Assembly (NCBI GenBank): GCA_963769935.1 | Contig: CAVYNY010000028.1 | Span: 32,001-96,000, forward strand | Source: an uncultured delta proteobacterium | GTDB lineage: Bacteria > Desulfobacterota > Desulfobacteria > Desulfobacterales > JAFDCJ01 | DNA length: 64,000 nt | Reading direction: 5' to 3' | Part shown: piece by piece, positions 1 through 10,074 of the stretch | How positions within the stretch are numbered: position 1 is the first letter of the stretch | How the letters are laid out: each line of letters opens with the position of its first letter | Position numbers and translations under genes: made by a program | Notes under the pieces: model-generated | Seen by the model: only the letters and a program-made list of their open reading frames with translations | The model's database searches: none | What the model was told of the DNA's origin: nothing

Positions 1-864
1 CCCTGTGATGCTTTCATTGATAAAGACCTCATCAATGTCTAATTCACCTCTGGCATAAAGGGCCGCCATCTTGGCGGATGTGCCTGTCCCGCAGGGAGAC
101 CGGTCCACTTGACCCGCGCCGAATACAACAACATTCTTACAGTGTGCATCCGGATGATCGGGTTCATCATATAGCTCTACAACATCTACTGTTTTAAAGT
201 AAGACTTTTCCTTAAAGTCAATCCGGATTGTTTCATTAACCGCATCACGAAGTTTCAGACATTGTTTTGATAATCGGGCTGCTTGCTCAGCGACAATAGT
301 TAAACCAAGTGCTTTTGCCGGGCAAAGAATAAAAAATCCGGCATTAAAAGCAATATCCACCGCTACTTCACCCATTCCGTCTATTTTAACCTGCAAATCC
401 TTTTGATACAGGAATGCGGGCACGTTTTCAATTTCTACATCAATGACTTGGTCATTCCTAACAGTTGCCCATCCTGTCACCAACCCATCCGGCGTATCTA
501 AGAGTACCTTTGTCAGTGGTCCTGTTCTTTTGACCATTCCCAATTCGACGGCGGCGGAAATAAGTCCAATAGTACCATGCCCGCACATATACGGGTAAGC
601 TCTCGGATAGTCTCCCGTGCTTAGAAAAATCACGCCCAGATCTGCATCCGGGTTCACGGGTTCAACCAGCGCGGCCCCAAACATATCATTATGCCCTCTG
701 GGCTCCCGCAGGATCATGGTGCGGATCTGATCATAATTTTTTTCAAAATAATCGCGTTTTTCAAGCATGGAATTCCCCCGGATCCTTGGCAGTCCACCGA
801 CAATGATCCGGGTTGGTTCTCCTGCGGTATGGGTATCGATAACACTTATCACTCGATCAATCAT
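1..864 (-). CDS. Proline racemase / hydroxyproline epimerase family protein (3' end beyond window edge; absent from ORF track)
   Basis: Manual translation: GGAGG RBS, ATG at 864, MIDRVISVIDTHTAGEPTR...; both catalytic motifs present (YMCGHG near 575-595, DRSPCGTGTSA near 75-105). Confidence 0.92.
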   Translation of the reverse strand, partial: MIDRVISVIDTHTAGEPTRIIVGGLPRIRGNSMLEKRDYFEKNYDQIRTMILREPRGHNDMFGAALVEPVNPDADLGVIFLSTGDYPRAYPYMCGHGTIGLISAAVELGMVKRTGPLTKVLLDTPDGLVTGWATVRNDQVIDVEIENVPAFLYQKDLQVKIDGMGEVAVDIAFNAGFFILCPAKALGLTIVAEQAARLSKQCLKLRDAVNETIRIDFKEKSYFKTVDVVELYDEPDHPDAHCKNVVVFGAGQVDRSPCGTGTSAKMAALYARGELDIDEVFINESITG

Positions 865-1130
865 AATCCCTCCAGGGTATATCCCACTGGCCTAACGATG
901 ATCACCGAATCAGGCCCTGATCCAGAATTTGACATCCGACTGGACCATGGTAAAAACCAATGAAATTTAGGCTGATTAAACGCAGCAAGCAACTACATAG
1001 ATTACATTGCTATCAGAGTAAAGCCTGATCTGGTGATATATTGAAATTATATGCATCACAAACCCGGCAAAAACAAGGAGTTGAGGTTTTCAGGCACGCA
1101 GGGTACAATTCAAAGCCTTGCAAAATGCTG

Positions 1131-1146
1131 TGGAATGCCATATGCA
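1131..1146 (+). promoter_or_regulatory. Possible sigma-54 -24/-12 promoter
   Basis: TGGAATGCCATATGCA has GG-N10-GC spacing upstream of the ECF gene; imperfect consensus match. Confidence 0.25.
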
Positions 1147-1212
1147 ATGTCCAATGATCCATAGATTATCCTTCCGGACAGATGAATCCCCTGCTGTGAG
1201 ACATCGCCCTTA

Positions 1213-1809
1213 ATGTATGATCGACAAAATGATAAGAAAACGAATGAAGATCTTATGGGCGGGGTCGCAGCTGGGGACAAGCACGCATTTGAAACTTTGG
1301 TAGGCCGCCATCAAAGGCCGGTCCTTAATTTCATTTTTCGCTTCCTGGGAGATGCTGCCGAGGCTGAAGATCTGACCCAGGAGGTATTTTTAAGAGTCTG
1401 GAAATCTGCGGGAACCTATCGGCCTGATGCCAAATTCACGACCTGGTTGTACCGCATCGCCGCAAACCTCTGCATCAATAAGCAGCGGGCTTTACACATC
1501 AAAAAGTGGCTTGCCGGCTCTCAATTTTACAAACCGAACCGGAATTCCGAAGAAATCAATATCCCCGCCGAAGGCGCCGAGCCCACCACCGCCGAAGATC
1601 ACCTCATTATTTCCGAACAAGCGCAACTTCTATTAAATGCACTCAATAATCTGCCCGCCAACCAACGGCTGGCCATTGTTTTAAACATTTATCATGAGAT
1701 GTCCTACCATGAAATTTCAAAAATCATGGATCGTTCCGTCTCCGCTGTTGATTCTTTGCTTATCCGCGCGAAAAAAAATCTTCGAAAAAAATTGACCGGC
1801 AAAAAATAA
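1213..1809 (+). CDS. ECF-family RNA polymerase sigma factor
   Basis: Region 2 (AEDLTQEVFLRVW, FTTWLYRIAAN) and region 4 (MSYHEISKIM...VDSLLIRAKKNLR). Confidence 0.95.
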   Translation: MYDRQNDKKTNEDLMGGVAAGDKHAFETLVGRHQRPVLNFIFRFLGDAAEAEDLTQEVFLRVWKSAGTYRPDAKFTTWLYRIAANLCINKQRALHIKKWLAGSQFYKPNRNSEEINIPAEGAEPTTAEDHLIISEQAQLLLNALNNLPANQRLAIVLNIYHEMSYHEISKIMDRSVSAVDSLLIRAKKNLRKKLTGKK

Positions 1810-1895
1810 AAGCGCAGGTTTTGGGAACTTCAACTGTTTAAATAATTTGATTAGAAAGTATTTTCCCATCTTCTTTCAGATCAAGAAGGATTGTG

Positions 1896-2402
1896 ATGAA
1901 AACTTGCCAAAGTGTCGGGAAAAAACTGTCGGCCTATCAGGATGGCGAACTCGGGTCGGCTGAAGATAACGCTATCGAAGCCCATCTGCTCACCTGTGAA
2001 GCCTGCCGCAAGAAGCATGCGGCGCTGTTGCGTACCTGTCGAATGCTCAGGAGCCTGCCTGAAATTGAACCTCCCCCCGGACTTTCCCGCCGGATATTGG
2101 ACAAAGCCACAGCAGCGCGGGAACCGTTTTGGGTTCGAACCCGGGGCAATGCTTTCCGATTGTTGCCGGCACCCGCAGCCATGATCGCTCTGGCGGCCGC
2201 CGGTCTTTTGGTCGGGACGATGTTGGGCAATTTCTTGACCGAAACGCGATTTCACCCTTCCCGGACATTTTCGGCTCTTCATTCGGACCAGGCGCTCACA
2301 CTGGCATCGGTTCAGGTTTTTGATGCAACGCCGCCGGGGTCTTTTGCGGAAGGTTATCTGAAACTGGCGGGCCACAACCCGGAGAGAACGCATGAAAAAT
2401 AA
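1896..2402 (+). CDS. Zinc-binding (zf-HC2) membrane anti-sigma factor
   Basis: LSAYQDGEL...HLLTCEAC (HxxxCxxC), then one TM helix; directly follows the ECF sigma gene. Confidence 0.9.
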   Translation: MKTCQSVGKKLSAYQDGELGSAEDNAIEAHLLTCEACRKKHAALLRTCRMLRSLPEIEPPPGLSRRILDKATAAREPFWVRTRGNAFRLLPAPAAMIALAAAGLLVGTMLGNFLTETRFHPSRTFSALHSDQALTLASVQVFDATPPGSFAEGYLKLAGHNPERTHEK

Positions 2403-2874
2403 ATGGATTGCCATGATTTTGGTTTTATCCCTGGCGATGAACGCGGCGGTCCTGGCGGCGGCCGGATACGGCTATTATCACAACCGCAGTCGGCCGACTG
2501 CCGCCGGCGGTCAATCACCTGAAGGGGATCATCATTTTTACGAGATGCTGGGGCTTACACCGGCGCAATTGGAAAAGATGACCCCTATGGCGGCGTCATT
2601 TCATGAACGTCTAAAGAGCCTCCATTCCGGAATGGATAAAAAAAAGGCCGCCATGATAGGCCTTTTAGCCGGTGAAAGTGTGGCGCTAAACCGGATTGAA
2701 GCGTTGCGCAAGGAGATGGCCGCTATTCAGGACGAAATTCAAAAAACGGTAATCGCGCATGTCCTGGATGTTAAAGCGGTCCTGGATCCTGATCAGCAGG
2801 AACGCTTCTTCGACCTGCTGCGCCAAAGCATGACCCGGGAACGCGGCGTGTTCTCCGGAGCAGGAGAAAAGTAA
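2392..2874 (+). CDS. Spy/CpxP-family periplasmic heavy-metal sensor/chaperone
   Basis: Signal-anchor LSLAMN, two LTxxQ-type motifs (LGLTPAQ, LDPDQQERF), helical. Confidence 0.8.
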   Translation: MKNKWIAMILVLSLAMNAAVLAAAGYGYYHNRSRPTAAGGQSPEGDHHFYEMLGLTPAQLEKMTPMAASFHERLKSLHSGMDKKKAAMIGLLAGESVALNRIEALRKEMAAIQDEIQKTVIAHVLDVKAVLDPDQQERFFDLLRQSMTRERGVFSGAGEK

Positions 2875-2912
2875 GGCCAAAAGGGTGAATATTAACGAGA
2901 TGGAGGGCTGGA

Positions 2913-4163
2913 ATGAACCTGCGTTACTTGAGAAATGAACTTTATTACCAGAAACGAAGAACTCTGGCGGCCGTCATCGGCCTCTCCATCGGGATTGCGC
3001 TTCTAATTATCCTCAACGCCCTGTCGATGGCTTACCGCCGCGCAGCCCGCGTGCCTCTCCAGGAAATCGGTGCGGATATCGCTGTCCAGCGGTCGGGTGA
3101 TGTCCCGAAAGAACTCACTGGGGTCGTCTTCCCTTGTTCGGCGGTGACGATCCGCGCCGATGAGCTGAAAAGGATCGAGGCCTTGCCGGGGGTGCGCAAA
3201 GCAGGCAAGGCCGTCCTGCTGTGGGTCTTCGATCCCAACCGGGCGTGGATTGTTCTCGGAGTTGAGCAGCAAAATTCCGTCGGCCCTTCCGTTCTTCGCC
3301 ACTCTGTCATCGAAGGACGCTTTCTCAAAGAGGGCAAGCCGGAAGCCCTCGTTGAAGTTTCCTACGCCCGCCAATTCGGCATCAAGGTGGGAGACACCAT
3401 ATCGGTAGCGAAAACGGACTATCCGGTCGTCGGGCTTGTAGATGCATCCCGGGCTGCGAAAATCGCGGTTGCCAATGTCTATCTGCCGCTGTCGGAGGCG
3501 CAACGACTGGCAGCCTCATCGGAGCAGGTGCAGGCGGTCTCGCCGTTCAATCCGGCTGATGTCAACCTGCTCTTCATCAAGGCGGATGAAGAAAAAATAC
3601 CCGAATTATCCTCAGCCCTGCGGACCATGATGGGGAAAAATGCGACCATCGGCACCCCGGATTCCTTCCTGAAGCTTCTTGGCAGCCTGTTTGCCCTCTC
3701 AGATAAGTTTACCCTGGCTGCGTCCCTGATTGCCATCTTTGTCGCCGTCCTGATCGCCTTTAAGACCATGGCCGGCAACATTACCGAGCGGACAAAAGAG
3801 ATCGGGGTCCTCAAGGCCGTCGGCTGGATCAATCGCAACGTCGTAGCGCAGCTGTTGGCTGAATCGGTGGTCGAATGTTTCATGGCAGGGATTCTCGGGC
3901 TGCTCATCGCGCTTGCCGCCGCCTATGGGTTAAGCTTTATGAAAGTCAACATCCCCATTCCGTGGGAAATGAGCCCCGCGCCTCACTTCCTGCCGGGCGG
4001 GGGAGATCAGATCTTCAAGACGCTCAGGCTTCCCGTGCACGTACCGTGGACCTTGGCCGCGTTTGCCATCCTTCTTTCCGTGGTGATAGGAGGCCTCACC
4101 GGGGCGCTGCTGGGGAGAAGCATTTCAAAAATTAAACCTTCGGAGATTTTACGACATGAATAA
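2913..4163 (+). CDS. ABC transporter permease, MacB/FtsX (type VII) family
   Basis: N-terminal TM, large periplasmic domain, ERTKEIGVLKAVGW, C-terminal KPSEILR. Confidence 0.9.
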   Translation: MNLRYLRNELYYQKRRTLAAVIGLSIGIALLIILNALSMAYRRAARVPLQEIGADIAVQRSGDVPKELTGVVFPCSAVTIRADELKRIEALPGVRKAGKAVLLWVFDPNRAWIVLGVEQQNSVGPSVLRHSVIEGRFLKEGKPEALVEVSYARQFGIKVGDTISVAKTDYPVVGLVDASRAAKIAVANVYLPLSEAQRLAASSEQVQAVSPFNPADVNLLFIKADEEKIPELSSALRTMMGKNATIGTPDSFLKLLGSLFALSDKFTLAASLIAIFVAVLIAFKTMAGNITERTKEIGVLKAVGWINRNVVAQLLAESVVECFMAGILGLLIALAAAYGLSFMKVNIPIPWEMSPAPHFLPGGGDQIFKTLRLPVHVPWTLAAFAILLSVVIGGLTGALLGRSISKIKPSEILRHE

Positions 4164-4824
4164 CGGAACGATTTTAACAGGGACCGGTCTTAAAAAAAAA
4201 TACGGCGATCTTGAAGTGGTCAAGGGAGTTTCCCTCTCCCTTGAAACCGGCGAATTTGCCTGCCTCGTGGGGAAATCCGGCTGCGGCAAGACGACGCTTT
4301 TGTCGCTGCTCTCCGGCCTGGAACGTCCCACGTCCGGCCGTGTAGACCTCGACGGCCAAGACATCACCAGCGCCACAGAAGACGAACTCGCGCTCTTCCG
4401 GAGAGAAAACGTCGGTTTTATCTTCCAATCCTTCAACCTGATCCCGACGCTCTCTGCCTGGGAGAATGTAGCTCTGCCGCTCTTTCCCGTAAAAATCACG
4501 CGTGCTGAAAGGAAGCGGCGGGCAGCCGACCTTCTTGAGAGAATGGAGCTGGGACAGCGGATGGACCATTTGCCCTCGGCTCTTTCGGGAGGAGAAAAGC
4601 AGCGGGTGGCCATTGCCAGAGCGCTGGTGAATCGCCCCAAGATTATCTTTGCCGATGAGCCGACCGGCAACCTCGATTCCGCAACCGAGGACGCCATCAT
4701 GGAAATTTTAAAAAGACTCCACACCCAAGAGAGGGTAGCCATCCTCATGGTCACCCATGAAGTCGAACTGGCAAACAGCGCAGATCGATTGATCCGCATG
4801 CATGACGGGGAGGTTGTATCATGA
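4156..4824 (+). CDS. ABC transporter ATP-binding protein (LolD/MacB-type)
   Basis: Walker A GKSGCGKT, LSGGEKQR, ADEPTGNLD. Confidence 0.95.
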   Translation: MNNGTILTGTGLKKKYGDLEVVKGVSLSLETGEFACLVGKSGCGKTTLLSLLSGLERPTSGRVDLDGQDITSATEDELALFRRENVGFIFQSFNLIPTLSAWENVALPLFPVKITRAERKRRAADLLERMELGQRMDHLPSALSGGEKQRVAIARALVNRPKIIFADEPTGNLDSATEDAIMEILKRLHTQERVAILMVTHEVELANSADRLIRMHDGEVVS

Positions 4825-5243
4825 AAAAAATTCATTTGAGTTGCCTATTGGTTCTGGCCGCCGTCTCTCTTTTTTCCGGGGCCGGCGCTGCGCGCGCCTA
4901 CGCCGCAAAAAGTGCCAAGGTCGAGGTGCTCTACATGAACCACGGCCCCCTGAGGGACACGCTCGACCGGATGAGAAGTGTCTTCTCCACTTACGGCGAC
5001 AAGATCAGCGTCGCCTGGTATGATTTTGAGAGCAAGGAGGCGGAGGATTTCAAGGCCCAAAAGGGAATAAACCAGCATGTGCCGCTGGTCATCTGGATCG
5101 ACGGCAACGAGGTCGTAAAGTTGGGCTCAAAGCAGATAAAATTCGTCGGCTTTCCAACCGGCGCAGGACCCATGTTCTTTCAGGGCAAGTGGACCATCGA
5201 CGACCTGAAAGCGGCCCTTGATCAGGCCACCGGCAAAAAGTGA
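4821..5243 (+). CDS. Exported hypothetical protein, possibly thioredoxin-like fold without CxxC
   Basis: Signal peptide; VEVLYMNHGP and HVPLVIWIDG recall Trx-fold strands; ATGA overlap with the ATPase gene. Confidence 0.65.
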   Translation: MKKIHLSCLLVLAAVSLFSGAGAARAYAAKSAKVEVLYMNHGPLRDTLDRMRSVFSTYGDKISVAWYDFESKEAEDFKAQKGINQHVPLVIWIDGNEVVKLGSKQIKFVGFPTGAGPMFFQGKWTIDDLKAALDQATGKK

Positions 5244-5250
5244 GACTGCC

Positions 5251-6492
5251 ATGGACTATCGCTACGTGCTAAAAGAGCTCCGCCACCACCGAGATCGAAC
5301 GCTTGTCAATGTCGTGGGTATCGCTGTGGGCATTACCCTCTTTGTCTCGATCAATGCCGTATCGACCGCCTATCAGAAAGCAGTGAGCCTGCCCTTCAAA
5401 AATCTCGGGGCCGACCTCGTGGTCCAGCGGCCGGAGAGGCGGACGCCGGGTTCGACGCAGGCCCCTGAATCGATGCGCGGGATACGCCTGCCGTTTTCCA
5501 ACCAGCTTCTCCCGGCGGGAGATCTCCGGAAGCTCGCATCCATCGACGGTGTCGGGGCTATGGCTTCTTCTTTGCTGCTCTGGGAATTTGACCAGGGCGG
5601 GTTCAGGACCATTATGGGCGTTGATCTCTCGCAGCCAAGCCTGGGGCCGGTCAAAGTTAAAGAGTGGCTCAAGGAGGGACGCTTTCCTCAGCAGGAAGGG
5701 GAGGCCGTACTTGAAAAACATTATGCCAAGTTTCATCACGCAGGTATCGGAGCCAAGCTGAAAATCGGAGACCGTAACTTTACCGTGGTGGGGCTTCTGG
5801 AAATCAAGGAAGGGTCCCAGATCGCCTCGGCCAATATCTACCTGCCCCTGGCCGACGCTCAGAAGCTGCTCGGCGATGAGTCCCAGGGGGTTAACGTCGT
5901 GTACCTGCGACTCAAAAATCCCTCGCTGCTGGGCCAAGTGAAGACCCGGATCGCCAAACAACTCGGCGGCGTATCGGTTACCAGCTCCGATTCATTTCTC
6001 GAATTGCTGGGCGGCGTCTCCAAGATCTCGGACCAGTTCTCGCTTCTGACATCGATGATCGCCCTGGGCGGGGCCATATTCCTGATTATCAAGACGATGC
6101 TTGCCAATCTCGTTGCCCGCTCCAGCGAGATCGGCATCTTGAAAGCAGTCGGCTGGACCGAAAAAGACGTGCAGAGGCAGTTGATGGGTGAAGCCCTGCT
6201 CCAGTCGCTTGCCGGGGGCATCTGCGGCCTGATCATGGGATATGGTGTTGCCTACCTGCTGGGGTTTGTCTCGATTCCTGTTTCAACGCCATGGGAGATA
6301 AACCTCCTTCCCGCCCTTGCGAAGAGTGCCGAAAGCGCTGCATCGGCGGCGGTCCGGCTTCCGGTGAGCATCTCTCTGGGTCTCACCACATCTGCTCTGG
6401 CGCTCTCCCTTCTTGCAGGGGCTCTCGCAAGCTATTTCATGGGCAGGCGGACATCCCGCATGAAACCCGTCGACATACTGAGGAGGCTGTGA
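5251..6492 (+). CDS. Second MacB/FtsX-family ABC permease (paralogue of 2913-4163)
   Basis: RSSEIGILKAVGW, PWE motif shared with the first permease, KPVDILR; ATG at 5251. Confidence 0.9.
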   Translation: MDYRYVLKELRHHRDRTLVNVVGIAVGITLFVSINAVSTAYQKAVSLPFKNLGADLVVQRPERRTPGSTQAPESMRGIRLPFSNQLLPAGDLRKLASIDGVGAMASSLLLWEFDQGGFRTIMGVDLSQPSLGPVKVKEWLKEGRFPQQEGEAVLEKHYAKFHHAGIGAKLKIGDRNFTVVGLLEIKEGSQIASANIYLPLADAQKLLGDESQGVNVVYLRLKNPSLLGQVKTRIAKQLGGVSVTSSDSFLELLGGVSKISDQFSLLTSMIALGGAIFLIIKTMLANLVARSSEIGILKAVGWTEKDVQRQLMGEALLQSLAGGICGLIMGYGVAYLLGFVSIPVSTPWEINLLPALAKSAESAASAAVRLPVSISLGLTTSALALSLLAGALASYFMGRRTSRMKPVDILRRL

Positions 6493-6865
6493 AAACCGGA
6501 AAGTTGACTTCATAGACTGACGTGCGAATTAGGAAACAGTACACAACGCAACAAGTCTCGCGATGGCGAGCAGGAAGCCCGGGTAGTTTGTATCCAACTG
6601 GATATCGCAGTGAGTAGTTTCTATCCAGAACTTGAGAGTTGGATGCAAGCATCCGCGCTTGCACACTCTCTTATGAATCGGGAGAACTTGCAGTTTCGAA
6701 GATAAGTGAAGAATCGTTCGGTTATCTTATCACCGATTTTCAGATGTGGGGAATGAACAGAGGAATGTGAACCACTGGCTGCTTCGTCCCTTGCAGAGAT
6801 CGGCGTCATGTTTATTTTTGGAGCAAAAAACTTCTGGATATACTTGCAGTTAAGGAGAAAAACAT

Positions 6866-7570
6866 ATGGGTCTAATCGTAGCAGAGAATATCACCAAAGA
6901 TTACCATGTCGGAGAACTCACCGTCCGGGCTCTGAAGGGAGTCAGTTTTAACATCGAGCCGGGTTCCTTTATTTCCTTCGTCGGTCCCTCCGGGAGTGGG
7001 AAAACGACCCTGCTGAATCTCGTCGGCTGTCTCGACAAGCCCTCGGAAGGCCGGCTTCAGGTCGCAGGAATGGATGTATTGAGCTTGGGTAAAACGGAAT
7101 CGGCTGTTTTCAGGGGCAAGAACATTGGCTTTATTTTCCAGGATTTTAACCTGATACCCGTCCTCACGGTTTTTGAAAATGTTGAGTACCCGCTGCTCAT
7201 GGTTCAAAACTCACCGCCTGAAGATAGAAAAAAAAGGGTGATGAATCTCCTGGAAGCCGTGGGGATGAGGGAACAAAAGGATAAGTACCCGGACCAGATA
7301 TCCGGCGGGCAGAAGCAGAGAGTGGCCGTCGCCAGGGCGCTTGTGACGAACCCGAAGCTTGTCCTTGCCGATGAGCCGACAGCCAACCTCGATCACAAGA
7401 CGGCGTACATGGTCATCGAACTGATGAAAAGGATGCGGGACGAATTTAAGACCACCTTCATCTTCTCAACCCATGATCAGAAGATCGTGGGAGAAGCGGA
7501 GATCCTTTATTTGCTGGAAGATGGGGAACTGGTGAGCAAACAGATGAAGGGGGGCGAAGACCATGTATAA
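6866..7570 (+). CDS. ABC transporter ATP-binding protein (LolD-like)
   Basis: GPSGSGKT, ISGGQKQR, ADEPTANLD; AAGGAG RBS. Confidence 0.95.
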   Translation: MGLIVAENITKDYHVGELTVRALKGVSFNIEPGSFISFVGPSGSGKTTLLNLVGCLDKPSEGRLQVAGMDVLSLGKTESAVFRGKNIGFIFQDFNLIPVLTVFENVEYPLLMVQNSPPEDRKKRVMNLLEAVGMREQKDKYPDQISGGQKQRVAVARALVTNPKLVLADEPTANLDHKTAYMVIELMKRMRDEFKTTFIFSTHDQKIVGEAEILYLLEDGELVSKQMKGGEDHV

Positions 7571-8801
7571 TCTTTTCAAGATAGCGATAAGAAACCTGAG
7601 GCGCTACAGAAGAAGGACCATCCTGACCGCGTCACTCATTGCCATCGGCGTCATATTCGTGCTTGTCTTTGTCTCCGTATCAGGATCTTTCAAGAACATG
7701 ATCATCGGGCAGATAACGGGCTCCATGCTTGGAGATATGGAGATCCACCGGAAAGGTTATGTGGCCTCCATAGACAATCTGCCGTTGACCTTGATGATGA
7801 ACCCGCAACAGGCGAACAAAGCGGAAGAGGCTATCAAAGCGGTCCCGGAGATAGATGCCTTCTCCCCCCGGATAAAGTTTGGAGGGTTGTTCAGCAACTT
7901 TACCGAGACGACCAACATACGGCTCAACGGGGTCTATCCCGACATGGAGATGAAGACTCTGCCTCTTCTTACCTCAAGAATCATTGAGGGTGAAAAGATG
8001 ATTAAGAAAGGCGAGATCATTGTCCCGGAGCTCCTTGCGCGGGGCATGAAGGTCAATGTCGGTGATATGGTCGTTGTCATTGCGACGAATAAAGACGGCT
8101 CCGTGAACGGCAAGCAGCTCAAGGTCGGTGGGATCCTCGAAAGCGCAACCGGGCCTGGGGGACGGGACGGCTATGTACATATTGAAGACGCCATTGAAAT
8201 TCTGAGGATGGAGGAGCAAGAGATAAGTGAGATCGCGTTAAGGATACATGATTTTGACAAGCTCCGCAGCGTTGCCAATAGCCTGAACGGCGATCTGTCA
8301 AAATACGTGAACAAGCAGGGAAAACCGGTCTTTGAGGTGCACACCTGGGAGAAGCTTTCTCCTTTTTACAACATCGCGCGGATGATCGAATTGATGACAC
8401 TCTTCATAAAAGTTATGCTCATCGCCATTGTTCTGATCAGCATCATGAACGTTATGATCATGGCGGTTTACGAGCGCATAAGGGAGATCGGCACCATTGC
8501 CGCCATCGGAACCCTGCCCGGTAAGATCCTCTCCATGTTCGTGATTGAAGGGTTCTCCCTCGGCGTGCTCGGCGCCGTTGTCGGCAACGTCATTGGACTG
8601 GTGATTGTGCACATACTCGACCTTGCCAAGATAACCTTTGATTTCGGCAGACAAACCGGACTTGTGTTATCGCCAACCCTGCAGGTTTCAGATATCCTCG
8701 TTGTTTCGGTCATCGTCATTATCGTTGCCGTCCTGGGAAGCCTCCAGCCGGCGCTCAAGGCATCGAGAATGGAACCGATCACGGCTCTGAGACATGTGTA
8801 G
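7563..8801 (+). CDS. ABC permease, LolC/E-like
   Basis: IAIRNLRRYRRR N-terminus, ERIREIGTIAAIG, EPITALRH. Confidence 0.9.
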   Translation: MYNLFKIAIRNLRRYRRRTILTASLIAIGVIFVLVFVSVSGSFKNMIIGQITGSMLGDMEIHRKGYVASIDNLPLTLMMNPQQANKAEEAIKAVPEIDAFSPRIKFGGLFSNFTETTNIRLNGVYPDMEMKTLPLLTSRIIEGEKMIKKGEIIVPELLARGMKVNVGDMVVVIATNKDGSVNGKQLKVGGILESATGPGGRDGYVHIEDAIEILRMEEQEISEIALRIHDFDKLRSVANSLNGDLSKYVNKQGKPVFEVHTWEKLSPFYNIARMIELMTLFIKVMLIAIVLISIMNVMIMAVYERIREIGTIAAIGTLPGKILSMFVIEGFSLGVLGAVVGNVIGLVIVHILDLAKITFDFGRQTGLVLSPTLQVSDILVVSVIVIIVAVLGSLQPALKASRMEPITALRHV

Positions 8802-9330
8802 TAGAGATTTTGAACAAATGGAGTCAGGCCGGGAGGCCTTCCGGAAACCCCCGGCAGCGGTGGAGACTTCTCGATGGGCGACCGCCTTTAAAGGCAGGAG
8901 ATTACACATGCGACATGCGGTGGGGATAACGGCAGTTTTGGTCCTGTCCGTCGGGTGCGGGAGCAACCCTCTTGTCAAATCGATCACGATAATTGCCGTC
9001 GCTTCCGATGGGAACAACGCCACCTCTTTCATCTGCAATGCCGCCGAACGAAGCCCCTATAACCTTGTCTTCGCCGATACCGGAGAACTGTTGGACGTGC
9101 TCGATAATCCTTACAGCGGCGAGCGAGGCGATGTCGTTCCGGCAGTGCTCGCCCTTCTGGCCCGAGACAGGGTTGACGCTATCGTGGCCGCACGGTTTAG
9201 CCCCGCAATGATTGCGTCGATGAAGGCCCGGGGCATCAGATACGTGCAGTTTGAAGGCGTTGCCAGGGACGCGGTGGACAGGATAGGAGCTCGACCCTCA
9301 AACATTACCAAGTGTAACGAAAGGAGATAA
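8794..9330 (+). CDS. NifB/NifX (FeMo-cofactor-binding-like) domain protein; true start possibly near 8908
   Basis: IAVAS...AERSPY...LDNPY...VDAIVAARF...GIRY pattern; SVGC may be a lipobox. Confidence 0.6.
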   Translation: MCSRDFEQMESGREAFRKPPAAVETSRWATAFKGRRLHMRHAVGITAVLVLSVGCGSNPLVKSITIIAVASDGNNATSFICNAAERSPYNLVFADTGELLDVLDNPYSGERGDVVPAVLALLARDRVDAIVAARFSPAMIASMKARGIRYVQFEGVARDAVDRIGARPSNITKCNERR

Positions 9331-9333
9331 TTG

Positions 9334-10074
9334 ATGAATAGACTCTTGGCTTTCCTGCTCGCATCGTGCATGCTATTCATGGCCCCTCCCCTCTATGCCG
9401 CAGAGGGCACGGAGCTTCTTCGGCAAATTGACAGGAACTTGTTTCCCGAATCATTCGATTCTTATCGCAAGATCATCAATATCGAGTCGAACGGCCGAAC
9501 AAAAGAGTACGTGTATTACACCGCCAAGAAAGGCAAAGACAAAATAGCCGGCCTTTTCCTGCTGCCGGCCAGCGATAGGGGTAGAAGCACGCTAAGACTC
9601 GGGGATAATATGTGGCTCTATGTCCCCAGTGTGGGCAAACCCATCCGCATCACGAGCCTGCAATCCGTGATAGGCGGTGTTTTCAACAACGCGGATATAC
9701 TGGCCCTTGATTACTCGGTGGAATATAACGTGGAGAAGCTTGAAGACCTGGGAAATGAATACCTTCTCTACTGCAAGGCCAAGACTAAAACCGTAGCCTA
9801 TGACAAGCTCAAGATATGGGTTGACAAGTCCAAATTCCTTCCGACAAAGATCGAGTGCCTCACCGAAGCGGAACTGCTCATCAAAACACTTTACTTCAAG
9901 GACATAAAGGACTTCGGGGCCGGCATTGTCAGGCCTTCGATCATCGAGACGGACAGTCCTCTCTACAAGGGATATAAATCCGTTATGATATTCGCAAAGA
10001 TCGTAAAAAGGGAGTTCCCGGACGAGGTCTTCACCCTCACCTTTATGCCGAACATGGAGTCTCTTTTGAAATGA
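9334..10074 (+). CDS. Outer-membrane lipoprotein-sorting protein (LolA-like)
   Basis: Signal peptide; PASDRGRSTLRLGDNMWLYVPSVGKPIRI, YDKLKIWVD. Confidence 0.85.
   Translation: MNRLLAFLLASCMLFMAPPLYAAEGTELLRQIDRNLFPESFDSYRKIINIESNGRTKEYVYYTAKKGKDKIAGLFLLPASDRGRSTLRLGDNMWLYVPSVGKPIRITSLQSVIGGVFNNADILALDYSVEYNVEKLEDLGNEYLLYCKAKTKTVAYDKLKIWVDKSKFLPTKIECLTEAELLIKTLYFKDIKDFGAGIVRPSIIETDSPLYKGYKSVMIFAKIVKREFPDEVFTLTFMPNMESLLK

Noticed and set aside
6705..6765. Peptide EESFGYLITDFQMWGMN resembling a receiver-domain fragment, with nearby hairpins at 6590-6730
   Set aside because: Too short, no ORF context and no recognisable RNA family.
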